A program made the position numbers and the translations under genes. Source: Actinomycetota bacterium (lineage in GTDB: Bacteria > Actinomycetota > Actinomycetes > S36-B12). Taken from it: DNA of 37,977 bases. The DNA is taken from positions 1 through 37,977 of the forward strand of contig NSHP01000001.1 of assembly GCA_002737125.1 (NCBI GenBank), written 5' to 3'. Shown piece after piece: positions 10,060 to 18,344 of the stretch (position 1 is the first letter of the stretch; every line of letters starts with the position of its first letter). The notes below the pieces were generated by a model, which made no database searches, was not told the origin of the DNA, and saw only the letters and a list, made by a program, of their open reading frames with translations.

Positions 10060-11145
10060 ATGCCTCAGCTCACCTGGCCACAACTTCTCCGGTCCCTGCT
10101 TTCGGGTTCGGATTTATCTGCTGAAAGCGCGACATGGGCGATGACTCAAATCCTTGCCGGCGACGCCACCGATGTGCAAGTGGCTGGATTCGTGACGGCG
10201 CTGCGGGCGAAAGGTGAGACGCCCGTCGAAGTGCGAGCACTCGTTGAAGTGATGTTGGCACATGCGAATCGGGTAAACGTAAACCGGGTGGTACTCGACG
10301 TGGTGGGCACCGGTGGTGATAACTCACACTCGGTCAATATCTCGACAATGGCGGCAATTGTTGCGGCGGCTGCGGGTACTCCGGTCGTAAAACACGGTAA
10401 TCGTGCAGCTTCATCTTCGACCGGTACCGCTGATGTGTTAGAAGAGCTCGGAGTAATAATTGATTTACCTCCCGAGTTGGTTGCGGTATGCGCTGAAAAT
10501 GTTGGTATTGCATTCTGTTTTGCCCCCATTCATCACCCCGCGATGCGCTATGCCGTAACCGCGCGCCGTGAACTTGGTGTGCCTACCGTTTTTAACTTAT
10601 TGGGGCCGTTGACTAACCCGGCTCTGGCTCAAAGTGCATTAATTGGCTGCGCCGACAAAAGCCGCGCCCCTGTCATGGCCGATGTGCTTGCCCGCCGGGG
10701 AGTGAAGGCGATTGTGGTACACGGAGCTGATGGCCTTGATGAAATATCGGCAAGTGCGGTAACACATGCTTGGGATGTAACAGTGGCTGGGATTCGTGAG
10801 GTCGTTATCGATCCGCGTGAACTGGGTATTGCGTTTGTTGATGCGCAGTTGATAACAGGTGGTGATCGGACACGTAATGCGCAGCTCTTGCGCAAGACGC
10901 TGAGTGGGGTTAATGCGGCTGACCCTGATGCCCAGCGTATTTCGGCAATTCGTGATGCCGTTGCGCTGAATGCGGCCGCAGCTCTTGTTGCTTATGACGC
11001 TGCCATCGGGGTCGGTGACACAAAGTTGGAACTACTCGAGCGATTGGATGCGGCGCTGCCGCGGGCCCGCGCGGTGCTCGAATCCGGCTCTGGTGCGGTG
11101 CTTCTTGACCGCTGGATCGAAGTAACCACATCCCTTAAGAAATGA
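10060..11145 (+). CDS. trpD: Anthranilate phosphoribosyltransferase
   Basis: Motifs GTGGD, KHGNRAASS(S)TG(T)ADVLE and LGPLTNP. ATG 10060 is preferred over the track's TTG 10051. Confidence 0.93.
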   Translation: MPQLTWPQLLRSLLSGSDLSAESATWAMTQILAGDATDVQVAGFVTALRAKGETPVEVRALVEVMLAHANRVNVNRVVLDVVGTGGDNSHSVNISTMAAIVAAAAGTPVVKHGNRAASSSTGTADVLEELGVIIDLPPELVAVCAENVGIAFCFAPIHHPAMRYAVTARRELGVPTVFNLLGPLTNPALAQSALIGCADKSRAPVMADVLARRGVKAIVVHGADGLDEISASAVTHAWDVTVAGIREVVIDPRELGIAFVDAQLITGGDRTRNAQLLRKTLSGVNAADPDAQRISAIRDAVALNAAAALVAYDAAIGVGDTKLELLERLDAALPRARAVLESGSGAVLLDRWIEVTTSLKK

Positions 11146-11152
11146 CACCTGG

Positions 11153-12943
11153 CTAAGCGATCCGGGTGGCGATTTTGCCGCGAGCCGACGCGGTGAGCCA
11201 CTGGTAGTCAACGGGTTCTTGGGCTCGGATCTCATTGCGCACCTGACCAAGTTGCGCAAGTAGCACACCTCCGCAGCCAATTGGCAGGGCCAGTGGCTCG
11301 CTGGTGCGCACTAACCGAACGCCACCAGATTCGAGCCACTGCAAGATCGCCTCGGCTTCTTCGGTGAGGCCGGCAACCTGAGCTGGTGCTGGACTGCTGA
11401 TGTGGTCAGCGGTGGCGATGAGGGCTGTTATTGCGGGGAGCGGATCTACGCCATTTGGGATTGTTATTGCACCGGTAAGGGTGCCATAACTAATGCAGTG
11501 CACCTCCCAGCCGCCTGCTGGCGTTGGTTTGCCCGCGACCAGCTGCTCAATTTGTGCCAGCATTAGGAGCCGTTGCGTGCGAACACTGGCTTGGACGAAG
11601 TGGGCGAGGCGATCTCGCCACCGGGCTGCATCTTCGAAACGACTTTGGTCAGCTAAGTCACGCATGCGCACTTGCAATGCTTCTGCTACCGGGCCGATGG
11701 CCCCAGACATTGCTGAGCGCGCGCGTGCTACCAAGGAGTCATAAGCCTCATGATCAACCGCTGCGGTGCACGGCGCTAGGCATTTACCTAGCTCGGCCAG
11801 GGCGCATCCGGCCGTGGTGCTGCGCGGAGTGCGCGCCAATTTTGTGGTGCATGCCCGAAGTGGCAAAGCGAATTGCAGTGCTTCACTGGCCTCTTGGGCG
11901 CCGGCACTTGACCTAAATGGGCCGAGGTAGCAAGCGCCGTCGGTGACGTCGTCGCGAACTTCGCGGACAATTGCTAAGCGCGGGGCGGCCTCAGCCGTTA
12001 GCTTAAGCCAGGTTTGACGCTCCGGCCGCTTTGATTGCCGGTTGTATCTGGGCTGCTTAGTGGCGATTAATCGTAGTTCGCGAATCCGGGCTTCAAGTAC
12101 AGTCGCGCAGACGATGGGATCCACGGAAGTTGCGATGGTGATCATCTGGGTCATTCGACGACGAGTTTCGGATGCGGTGAAGTAGGTGCGCACCCTTTTG
12201 CGGATGTTTTTTGAGGTGCCAACATAAAGGGCGTTACCTTGCGGATCCCGGAAGATGTAGACACCCGGTGCATCCGGTAGTCCGGCAGCCAAATGTCGCT
12301 TAGTGCGCTGGATTGGGCTAACACGCGCGGTAAATGCTGCGAGATCCTCAAGGGTTTCTACCCCGTGATCGCCAACTCGCTCAAGGAGCCGGTGCAGTAC
12401 ATCGGCGGTGGCTCGAGCGTCATCAAAAGCTCGGTGTGTTGGTGATACCTCCGTCCGAAAATAGGTGGCAAGTGTCGAAAGTTTGCAATTGGCGACTTCG
12501 TCACGATGGAGGGTGATGCGCGCCAGCCGCGCGGTATCAACGATGTGATTACCAGGCCATTCATGGTCTAGTTTCTTGCAGGCACCTTTTAGAAATCCGA
12601 TGTCGTAGGGGGCGTTATGGGCGACCAAGACACTCCCTCGGGCAAACTCAAGGAAGGTAGGCAGCACCGCTGCTAGGCGCGGTGCGGTAGCCACCAATGA
12701 GTTGGTGATACCGGTTAGGGCCGCGACAAATGCCGGGATGGGAACTCCTGGATTTACCAAGGTGGCGAACTCGCCGATAACTTGCCCACCTTGAACTTTC
12801 ACCGCACCGAATTCGGTGATGCCGGCGTCGGTAGGGCGCCCACCGGTGGTCTCAAGATCGACTACAACAAAAGTGGCATCACGCAGCCGGGTGCCCAAAT
12901 CCGTGATACTCAACTGCGTATTGAGCGGGATTAAGTTGGGCAT
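11153..12943 (-). CDS. DEDD (DnaQ/epsilon-like) 3'-5' exonuclease domain fused to a GIY-YIG nuclease domain, with a long C-terminal extension (Rv2191-like)
   Basis: Exo motifs FVVVDLETTGG, LVAHNAPYDIGFL and HRAFDDARATADV. GIY-YIG motif GVYIFRDPQGNALYVGTSKNIRKRVRTYF. Start is ATG 12943 (MPNLIP...) or TTG 12973. Confidence 0.85.
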   Translation of the reverse strand: MPNLIPLNTQLSITDLGTRLRDATFVVVDLETTGGRPTDAGITEFGAVKVQGGQVIGEFATLVNPGVPIPAFVAALTGITNSLVATAPRLAAVLPTFLEFARGSVLVAHNAPYDIGFLKGACKKLDHEWPGNHIVDTARLARITLHRDEVANCKLSTLATYFRTEVSPTHRAFDDARATADVLHRLLERVGDHGVETLEDLAAFTARVSPIQRTKRHLAAGLPDAPGVYIFRDPQGNALYVGTSKNIRKRVRTYFTASETRRRMTQMITIATSVDPIVCATVLEARIRELRLIATKQPRYNRQSKRPERQTWLKLTAEAAPRLAIVREVRDDVTDGACYLGPFRSSAGAQEASEALQFALPLRACTTKLARTPRSTTAGCALAELGKCLAPCTAAVDHEAYDSLVARARSAMSGAIGPVAEALQVRMRDLADQSRFEDAARWRDRLAHFVQASVRTQRLLMLAQIEQLVAGKPTPAGGWEVHCISYGTLTGAITIPNGVDPLPAITALIATADHISSPAPAQVAGLTEEAEAILQWLESGGVRLVRTSEPLALPIGCGGVLLAQLGQVRNEIRAQEPVDYQWLTASARGKIATRIA

Positions 12944-12992
12944 GTGATGCACGATAAGGCACCGGCCTGACAAACCCCGGTAAGGTGCTGCC

Positions 12993-13265
12993 GTGGCAAA
13001 GACCCTTGCGGATTCGAAGTCTCGTTTTCGCTGTGCCCACTGTGGCTACCTGACCCGCTTTGATGTGGTGCGGTTGGCCAGGGTTAGTGAGTTCTGGCAC
13101 GTAGATATCTCCGGTGCCCCAGTGGTTGAAGAAACCACGGTGCTGGCCGAAGACATAGCGTAAGTCAAGTGCCGGTGGTGCGCCGCGGCCGACCGCATTG
13201 AAATCGTGCCGCGCCCAGAATTTGGCGGCCCCAGCACCGAAGGCCCCGGCGATGACGGACCCTGA
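12993..13265 (+). pseudogene. Small zinc-ribbon-like protein (CxxC...CxxC) interrupted by an in-frame TAA at 13161-13163. Alternatively a truncated 56-aa CDS at 12993-13163.
   Basis: Not in the ORF track (below 60 aa). GTG 12993 is preceded by AAGG (12982-12985). Translation: MAKTLADSKSRFRCAHCGYLTRFDVVRLARVSEFWHVDISGAPVVEETTVLAEDIA*VKCRWCAAADRIEIVPRPEFGGPSTEGPGDDGP*. The second Cys pair is reached only by reading through the TAA. It lies antisense to the track's 171-aa ORF 12879-13394. Confidence 0.5.
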
Positions 13266-13305
13266 GCTTGGATAACTGTCAGACCCCCTAACTATCGTTA
13301 AAGGC

Positions 13306-13518
13306 ATGATCATTGATTGCGGTACCTGCCAGGTTGCGGGCCTTGCCTGCGGTGATTGTGTAGTTACGGTGCTCTTAGGCCCGCCCGGGGCCACGGTTCA
13401 AATTCCCGATGACCACCAGGTCGCACTCGCGGTGTTGACCGATTCGGGCCTGATTCCACCGCTGCGCCTGGTTCCGACTCCCCGGGTTAGTGCCCGATTT
13501 GTCGGGTTAGGGGCATAA
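13306..13518 (+). CDS. Small conserved Cys-rich hypothetical protein (CGTC...CGDC motif)
   Basis: 70 aa: MIIDCGTCQVAGLACGDCVVTVLLGPPG...GLIPPLRLV. The pattern resembles small hypothetical proteins seen in other actinobacteria (from memory). It has the same orientation as, and lies 40 nt downstream of, the zinc-ribbon ORF. The SD is weak. Confidence 0.5.
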   Translation: MIIDCGTCQVAGLACGDCVVTVLLGPPGATVQIPDDHQVALAVLTDSGLIPPLRLVPTPRVSARFVGLGA

Positions 13519-13557
13519 ATGGGACAGAAATGGGGACATAAAACAGAGGGCATAAAT
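13511..13557. repeat. Four tandem-ish copies of the GGG(G)ACA/CATAAA(T) motif in the intergenic region upstream of the NlpC/P60 gene
   Basis: GGGCATAAAT occurs at 13511-13520 and again exactly at 13548-13557. GGGACAGAAAT (13521-13531) and GGGGACATAAAA (13532-13543) lie between them. A GGAGC-GAGGT-GCTCC hairpin follows at 13566-13580. Confidence 0.6.
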
Positions 13558-13660
13558 TAGGGGATGGAGCGAGGTGCTCCGGCTTGGGCGACCCTTGGAT
13601 GTCTGTTACCGTCATCTGGTCTGCCTATTAGTACCCAGCTAGGTGAAGGGAGCCCGGTCA

Positions 13661-14728
13661 GTGCGTTTAGCTCAAACAAGTTCTCCGCACTGCACCTGGC
13701 GTAGCGCGATGTTAGGTGTCATTGCGGCGCTGCTGACTCTCACCGCGGTAGCCCAGCCGGCCACGGCCCGAGATCTCGATGAGGTGCGCCAGCAGGTGTT
13801 CGACCTCGAAGTAAAAGCCGAATCCGCCAGTGAACGTTTCAATGATGCCCAAGACCGCTTAAATGTTCTGGAAAATTCCCTGGTAGCCCTGAAAGACAAA
13901 ATTGCGGTCGAGCGGCGTGAGCTAAACGCTATTTCAGGGGCGGTAGATGACCTAGCCCGGGCCACCTACACCGGCGGCGGGTTAGATGCCTCACTTCAAG
14001 TCCTGCTAGCGGATGATCCGGCACAATTCTTAGCGCAGGCCTCAGCGCTAGATCAAGTTGCGAAAGGTCAGGCTGACGCCCTTCGGGCCGCACAGACCGC
14101 CAGGTTGCGCTTGGCCCAGAGCGAAGCGACTTTGCAGCAAAAGGAGGATGCCGCCCGGCAGGTTCGCAGTGAAATGGCCGACTCCAAGCGTGAAGCCGAC
14201 GCTCGGTTGGCAGACGCACAGGCAATTTTGAACTCGTTGCAGGCGGCAGAGCGCCAGCGCCTGGCGGCCATGGCGGCCAGCGATCGCCAGGCGTCCCTGG
14301 CTGCCGCGGCAATTGCTCAGCAGCAGTTCAGCAGCACCAGCGGTGGCGGCTACTCGATTAGCAGTCGTGCGGTTGCTGCAGTTAGATATGCGCTGTCTCA
14401 AGTAGGTGATCGTTATGTTGCGGCGGCAACGGGCCCCAATACATTCGACTGCTCTGGCCTCACGATGAGTGCATGGCATCAAGGCGGAGTGTCTTTGCCC
14501 CACTACAGCTATTCGCAGTATCAAAAAGCGCGCAAAATTCCACTAAGTCAAGCCCAACCAGGTGACTTAGTGTTCTACTTTGGCGGTAGCGTGCATCACG
14601 TTGGCCTATACATAGGTAACGGCAAGATGGTGCATGCCGCTAACCCCAGTAGTGGAGTAATTGTTTCAGGTGTCCTCAGCCCTTGGTACGCCCAGCGCTT
14701 CACCGGGGTGGGTCGGGTAGTCGGTTAG
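13661..14728 (+). CDS. Secreted NlpC/P60 peptidoglycan endopeptidase with an N-terminal coiled-coil (RipC/Rv2190c-like)
   Basis: Signal peptide (...LTLTAVAQPATA), a long Ala/Gln/Arg/Glu-rich coiled-coil, and a C-terminal NlpC/P60 core (FDCSGLTMSAW...GDLVFY...HHVGLYIGNGKMVHA). GTG 13661 lies 8 nt after GAAGGGAG. The track's start at 13643 is the alternative. Confidence 0.9.
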   Translation: MRLAQTSSPHCTWRSAMLGVIAALLTLTAVAQPATARDLDEVRQQVFDLEVKAESASERFNDAQDRLNVLENSLVALKDKIAVERRELNAISGAVDDLARATYTGGGLDASLQVLLADDPAQFLAQASALDQVAKGQADALRAAQTARLRLAQSEATLQQKEDAARQVRSEMADSKREADARLADAQAILNSLQAAERQRLAAMAASDRQASLAAAAIAQQQFSSTSGGGYSISSRAVAAVRYALSQVGDRYVAAATGPNTFDCSGLTMSAWHQGGVSLPHYSYSQYQKARKIPLSQAQPGDLVFYFGGSVHHVGLYIGNGKMVHAANPSSGVIVSGVLSPWYAQRFTGVGRVVG

Positions 14729-14737
14729 GCCAGAAAC

Positions 14738-16534
14738 TCATGAATAAAGCGCCAGGATTTCAGCTTCGCATTCCTTCATGACCACATTCCGTTTTAGTTT
14801 CAGCGACGGTGTCATCTGACCGCCCTCTTCGGTCCAGTCATGTGGCAAGATCACAAACTTCTTGATGGCTTCGGCTTGCGATACCGCCTTGTTTCCTTCA
14901 TCAATTGCTGCCTGTACCGCGGCATTGAGATCGACATCGGTGGTTAGGTCCGCAACGGTTGCCGAATCGGGTTTACCCGCCTGCTTGCACCACGCCGGGA
15001 ATGCTTCGGGGTCAATGGTGACAAGCGCGGCGATAAACGGTTGGGCATCGCCCACCACCATGCACTGAGAGACCAGCCAGTTGGAGCGAATTCGGTCCTC
15101 GAGTACCGCCGGTGCCACATTCTTGCCGCCGGCGGTGACAATTAACTCCTTCTTGCGCCCGGTGATTCGGACGAATCCTTTGTCGTCAATTTCACCGATA
15201 TCGCCGGAGTGGAACCAGCCGTCCGGATCCAGCGCTTCGGCGGTCGCCGCCTCGTTGTTCCAGTAGCCCACGAATACCTGAGCGCCCGCGAGCATCAACT
15301 CACCATCGCCCGCAACTTTCACACTTGCCCCAGGCAGTGGCTGCCCTACGCTGCCGATGCGCAGCGCATGGGGGCGATTGACCGTGGTAGCAGCGCTGGT
15401 TTCGGTTAGGCCGTAACCCTCCAAAATCGTGACATCTATCCCGCGGAAGAAGTGTCCCAGACGTGCGCCCAAAGGTGCACCACCAGAAACCGCCCACTTC
15501 ATTTTCCCGCCCATCGCCGCACGCAATTTCTTATAAACCAACCGGTCAAAAACGGCATGCTTCAGCTTTAGGGCTATGCCGGGACCACCGTCATCAAGGG
15601 CTTTGCTGTAGTCGATTGCGACTTGACTCGCTGTGTCGAAAATATGTCCCTTACCGGCGGCAACCGCTTTTTGCTGCGAGGAGTTGTAGATCTTTTCGAA
15701 CACTCGGGGCACCGCGAGGAAGAAGGTGGGCTGGAAAGTCTGCAGATTTGGTAGTAGCTCCTTGATATCTGCGGTGTGACCAAGGCGCACCCGAGCCCGC
15801 ACGCAGCCCAATTGAATTAGTCGTCCGAAGACGTGCGCGACCGGCAAGAAAAGCAGGGTTGCGGACCCTTCGGCCAAGAAAACCTCGTCCAGGCCTTGTA
15901 CGACATTGTCTACTTCGAACATCAAATTGCTGTGTGTGAGCATGCAGCCCTTGGGCCGGCCGGTGGTTCCGGAGGTGTAGATGATGGTGGCGATAGCAGC
16001 CGGGTTTAGGGTCGCGCGGCGAGATTCGAGTTCGTCATCGCTCACCCCGCGACCGGCTGACTTCAACTCGTCAATAATGCCGTCATCGAATACCCACAAA
16101 CGAGTGACTTCGGGGACGTCAACCGCAACCTGATCAAATACCGCCTTGTGCCTTCGCGTCTCAAGGAATACCGCGACGGCGCCAGAGTCACTGAGGATCC
16201 ACTGCACCTGTTCGGCCGATGAAGTCTCGTAGATGGGCACACTAACTGCGCCGGCGTACCAAACCGCGTAATCGACCAGCGCCCATTCATAGCGGGTGCG
16301 CGACAGGATGCCAATGCGCTGGCCAGGCTCGACCCCATTGGCAATGATGCCTTTTGCAATAGCCCGGACTTCATCATTGAATTGCCTTGCCGTGATACCA
16401 ACCCAAGCGGCACCGCGCGGCACCGAGAAGATCACTCGATCCGGCACCTGCTGGGCGTTCTCACTGACGTGGTCGACCAAACTTCCTGAGGTGGGAGCCG
16501 GGACGATTACCGGAACGGTGAATTCCTTCAGCAC
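14738..16534 (-). CDS. fadD: Long-chain fatty-acid--CoA ligase (AMP-dependent synthetase, FadD15-like)
   Basis: AMP-binding motif IIYTSGTTGRPKG, plus GYGLTET and GDIGEIDDKGFVRITGRKKE. GTG start is preceded by a strong AAGAAGGAG. Confidence 0.92.
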   Translation of the reverse strand: MLKEFTVPVIVPAPTSGSLVDHVSENAQQVPDRVIFSVPRGAAWVGITARQFNDEVRAIAKGIIANGVEPGQRIGILSRTRYEWALVDYAVWYAGAVSVPIYETSSAEQVQWILSDSGAVAVFLETRRHKAVFDQVAVDVPEVTRLWVFDDGIIDELKSAGRGVSDDELESRRATLNPAAIATIIYTSGTTGRPKGCMLTHSNLMFEVDNVVQGLDEVFLAEGSATLLFLPVAHVFGRLIQLGCVRARVRLGHTADIKELLPNLQTFQPTFFLAVPRVFEKIYNSSQQKAVAAGKGHIFDTASQVAIDYSKALDDGGPGIALKLKHAVFDRLVYKKLRAAMGGKMKWAVSGGAPLGARLGHFFRGIDVTILEGYGLTETSAATTVNRPHALRIGSVGQPLPGASVKVAGDGELMLAGAQVFVGYWNNEAATAEALDPDGWFHSGDIGEIDDKGFVRITGRKKELIVTAGGKNVAPAVLEDRIRSNWLVSQCMVVGDAQPFIAALVTIDPEAFPAWCKQAGKPDSATVADLTTDVDLNAAVQAAIDEGNKAVSQAEAIKKFVILPHDWTEEGGQMTPSLKLKRNVVMKECEAEILALYS

Positions 16535-16672
16535 GGTGGTGCTCCTTCTTGAGTCTTGGGGAGGTCCATTCGTTAACTTTAGCCGTCACGGTAACCGAAC
16601 TTCGAGTCATAGGCGAGCGGAATCGGAATGCTTATTACCCTACGAGAGTGAGCAACCCCCTTTCATGGCATT

Positions 16673-17050
16673 GTGAGGCCCATGCCCAGCCTTGATCTCG
16701 TCGACGAGACCTATGTGGTCGCTGACCGGGAATTACTAGCCATGGTGGTCGCCGACCGAGCCAGGTGGGTTCAGTGGTGGCCAGAGTTCACCATGTCTGT
16801 TTTCATGGACCGGGGGGTGGATGGCATTAGGTGGTCAATCTCGGGAACTTTAGTCGGCTCAAGTGAAATCTGGCTAGAGCAGGTCGGTGATGGGGTGCTG
16901 TTGCACTATTACCTGCGCGCAGAACCAGCCCTACCCGGCCGGCGCAAAATCGACATATTGAGAAAGCGCCACGCCATGGCTTGGAAACGCTCAGCGTGGG
17001 CGCTTAAGGATGAACTCGAAGGCGATCGGCGTCCGGGTGAGCCGCGGTGA
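16673..17050 (+). CDS. Conserved hypothetical protein (Rv2186c-like by position)
   Basis: 125 aa ORF with protein-like composition and a 4-nt overlap with the next gene. I recognise no motif. Confidence 0.55.
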   Translation: MRPMPSLDLVDETYVVADRELLAMVVADRARWVQWWPEFTMSVFMDRGVDGIRWSISGTLVGSSEIWLEQVGDGVLLHYYLRAEPALPGRRKIDILRKRHAMAWKRSAWALKDELEGDRRPGEPR

Positions 17051-17826
17051 AAGTACACATTGTCTCTGACGTCCACGGTGCCAGCGATGCCTTGGCGCGG
17101 GCGGCTGACGGCTCAGACCTGTTTATCTGCTTGGGCGATTTAATCCTCTTCTTGGACTACGACGACCCAACACAGGGTATCTATGCAGATCTTTTTGGAC
17201 CTGATCACACGCGGGCCTACATCGAGGCGCGCACGGCAAATCGATTCGATGACGCACGTGAGCTCAGCGCTGCTGCTTGGCGCGGCCGAGGGGTGTTCGA
17301 CCACGCAGATCGTTGGGCCTCACTTGAGGTGATGATCCGTAAGCAATACGAAGTGCTATTCGAGGCTATGCCAGCTCCGGCCTTACTTACCTACGGCAAT
17401 GTCGATGTGCCAGCTTTGTGGCCGGAGTTCTTAAAGCCAGAGCACCAAGTGGTTGACGGTGCGACAGTAACCATAAATGGGATTCGGATGGGTTTCGTCG
17501 GGGGTGGCTTGGCGAGCCCCATGCGCACGCCCTATGAACTCACCGAAGAGCAGTACGTCGAAAAAATACAAGCATTAGGGCCGGTAGATGTGCTCTTCAC
17601 CCATATTCCACCGGCGGTGCCGCAGTTGACCTACGACACGGTGGCGCGGCGGTTCGAGACTGGAAGCCAGGCGACCTTGGATTACTTAAATGAGTTTTCC
17701 CCGGCGTACCACCTCTTCGGCCACGTGCATCAGCCCCTCCGGGCGCGGGCGCGAGTCGGTAAAACCGAATGTCTAAATGTGGGGCATTTTCACGGTCGCA
17801 GACTTCCCTTTGTGATCGACCTCTAG
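17047..17826 (+). CDS. Metallophosphoesterase (calcineurin-like phosphoesterase family)
   Basis: MKVHIVSDVHG..., GDLI..., and FGHVH near the C-terminus match the metallophosphoesterase motif order. Confidence 0.8.
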   Translation: MKVHIVSDVHGASDALARAADGSDLFICLGDLILFLDYDDPTQGIYADLFGPDHTRAYIEARTANRFDDARELSAAAWRGRGVFDHADRWASLEVMIRKQYEVLFEAMPAPALLTYGNVDVPALWPEFLKPEHQVVDGATVTINGIRMGFVGGGLASPMRTPYELTEEQYVEKIQALGPVDVLFTHIPPAVPQLTYDTVARRFETGSQATLDYLNEFSPAYHLFGHVHQPLRARARVGKTECLNVGHFHGRRLPFVIDL

Positions 17827-17888
17827 GCGGGCTGGGCTAGGTAGTAGCCTGTGGCCCCTGTCCGGTCGATTGTTGTGAGGGAGTCTGC

Positions 17889-18344
17889 ATGGGCGACAAG
17901 ACCGAGTCGAGCATCGTCATAGATGCAGCTCCGGCAGCCATCATGGCGGTAATCGCCGATCTTGCGGCTTATCCGCAGTGGAGCGATGGCATTTCATCGG
18001 TTGAAGTCCTCTCGCTATATGAGGAGGACTCACGCCCAGCCGATGCCCGGTTTAGTCTGGCATCGGGCCCGATCAAAGACACCTATGAACTTGAGTACGA
18101 CTGGGATGACGATAAATCGGTTACCTGGACATTGACGAAGGCCGAAATTCTTACCGCTATGGATGGCAGTTATACGTTGACAGAAAATGGTGATGGTACG
18201 ACCACCGTGCATTATCAACTTGCTGTAGATGTGAAAATACCGATGATCGGCATGATCAAGCGGAAGGCCGAACGCGTCATCGTCGACACCGCACTCAAAG
18301 GGCTAAAGAAACGTGTCGAGTCAAGTTCGTCTGGTTCTGTTTAG
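17889..18344 (+). CDS. SRPBCC (polyketide cyclase/dehydrase-like, TB16.3/Rv2185c-like) protein
   Basis: 151 aa. The pattern (SIVIDAAPAAIMAVIADLAAYPQWSDG...) is typical of the SRPBCC ligand-binding fold. GAGGGAG SD upstream. Confidence 0.75.
   Translation: MGDKTESSIVIDAAPAAIMAVIADLAAYPQWSDGISSVEVLSLYEEDSRPADARFSLASGPIKDTYELEYDWDDDKSVTWTLTKAEILTAMDGSYTLTENGDGTTTVHYQLAVDVKIPMIGMIKRKAERVIVDTALKGLKKRVESSSSGSV

Noticed and set aside
12879-13394. 171-aa minus-strand ORF from the track, between the exonuclease gene and the Cys-rich gene
   Set aside because: - It has Gly/Arg/Pro-rich, low-information composition.
- It overlaps the exonuclease CDS on the same strand by 65-95 nt.
- Its internal ATG shares a CATG with the + strand start at 13306.
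- The opposite strand encodes a coherent CxxC...CxxC zinc-ribbon peptide with an SD.
- I therefore treat it as an antisense shadow ORF.
13519-13560. 13-codon mini-ORF (MGQKWGHKTEGIN) inside the repeat array
   Set aside because: It has no SD. It is created by the repeat sequence itself (ATGGG.../TAG), and there is no evidence of coding.
13500-13665. c-di-AMP (ydaO-yuaA) riboswitch upstream of the NlpC/P60 hydrolase, as seen for some actinobacterial cell-wall hydrolase genes
   Set aside because: I could not find the conserved ydaO core elements (GGGGGACCCA, GGGGUGAAUC, CCGAACCCG.CAGCU.ACCUCG). There are only vague resemblances. I kept the region as an unexplained repeat/hairpin-containing leader.
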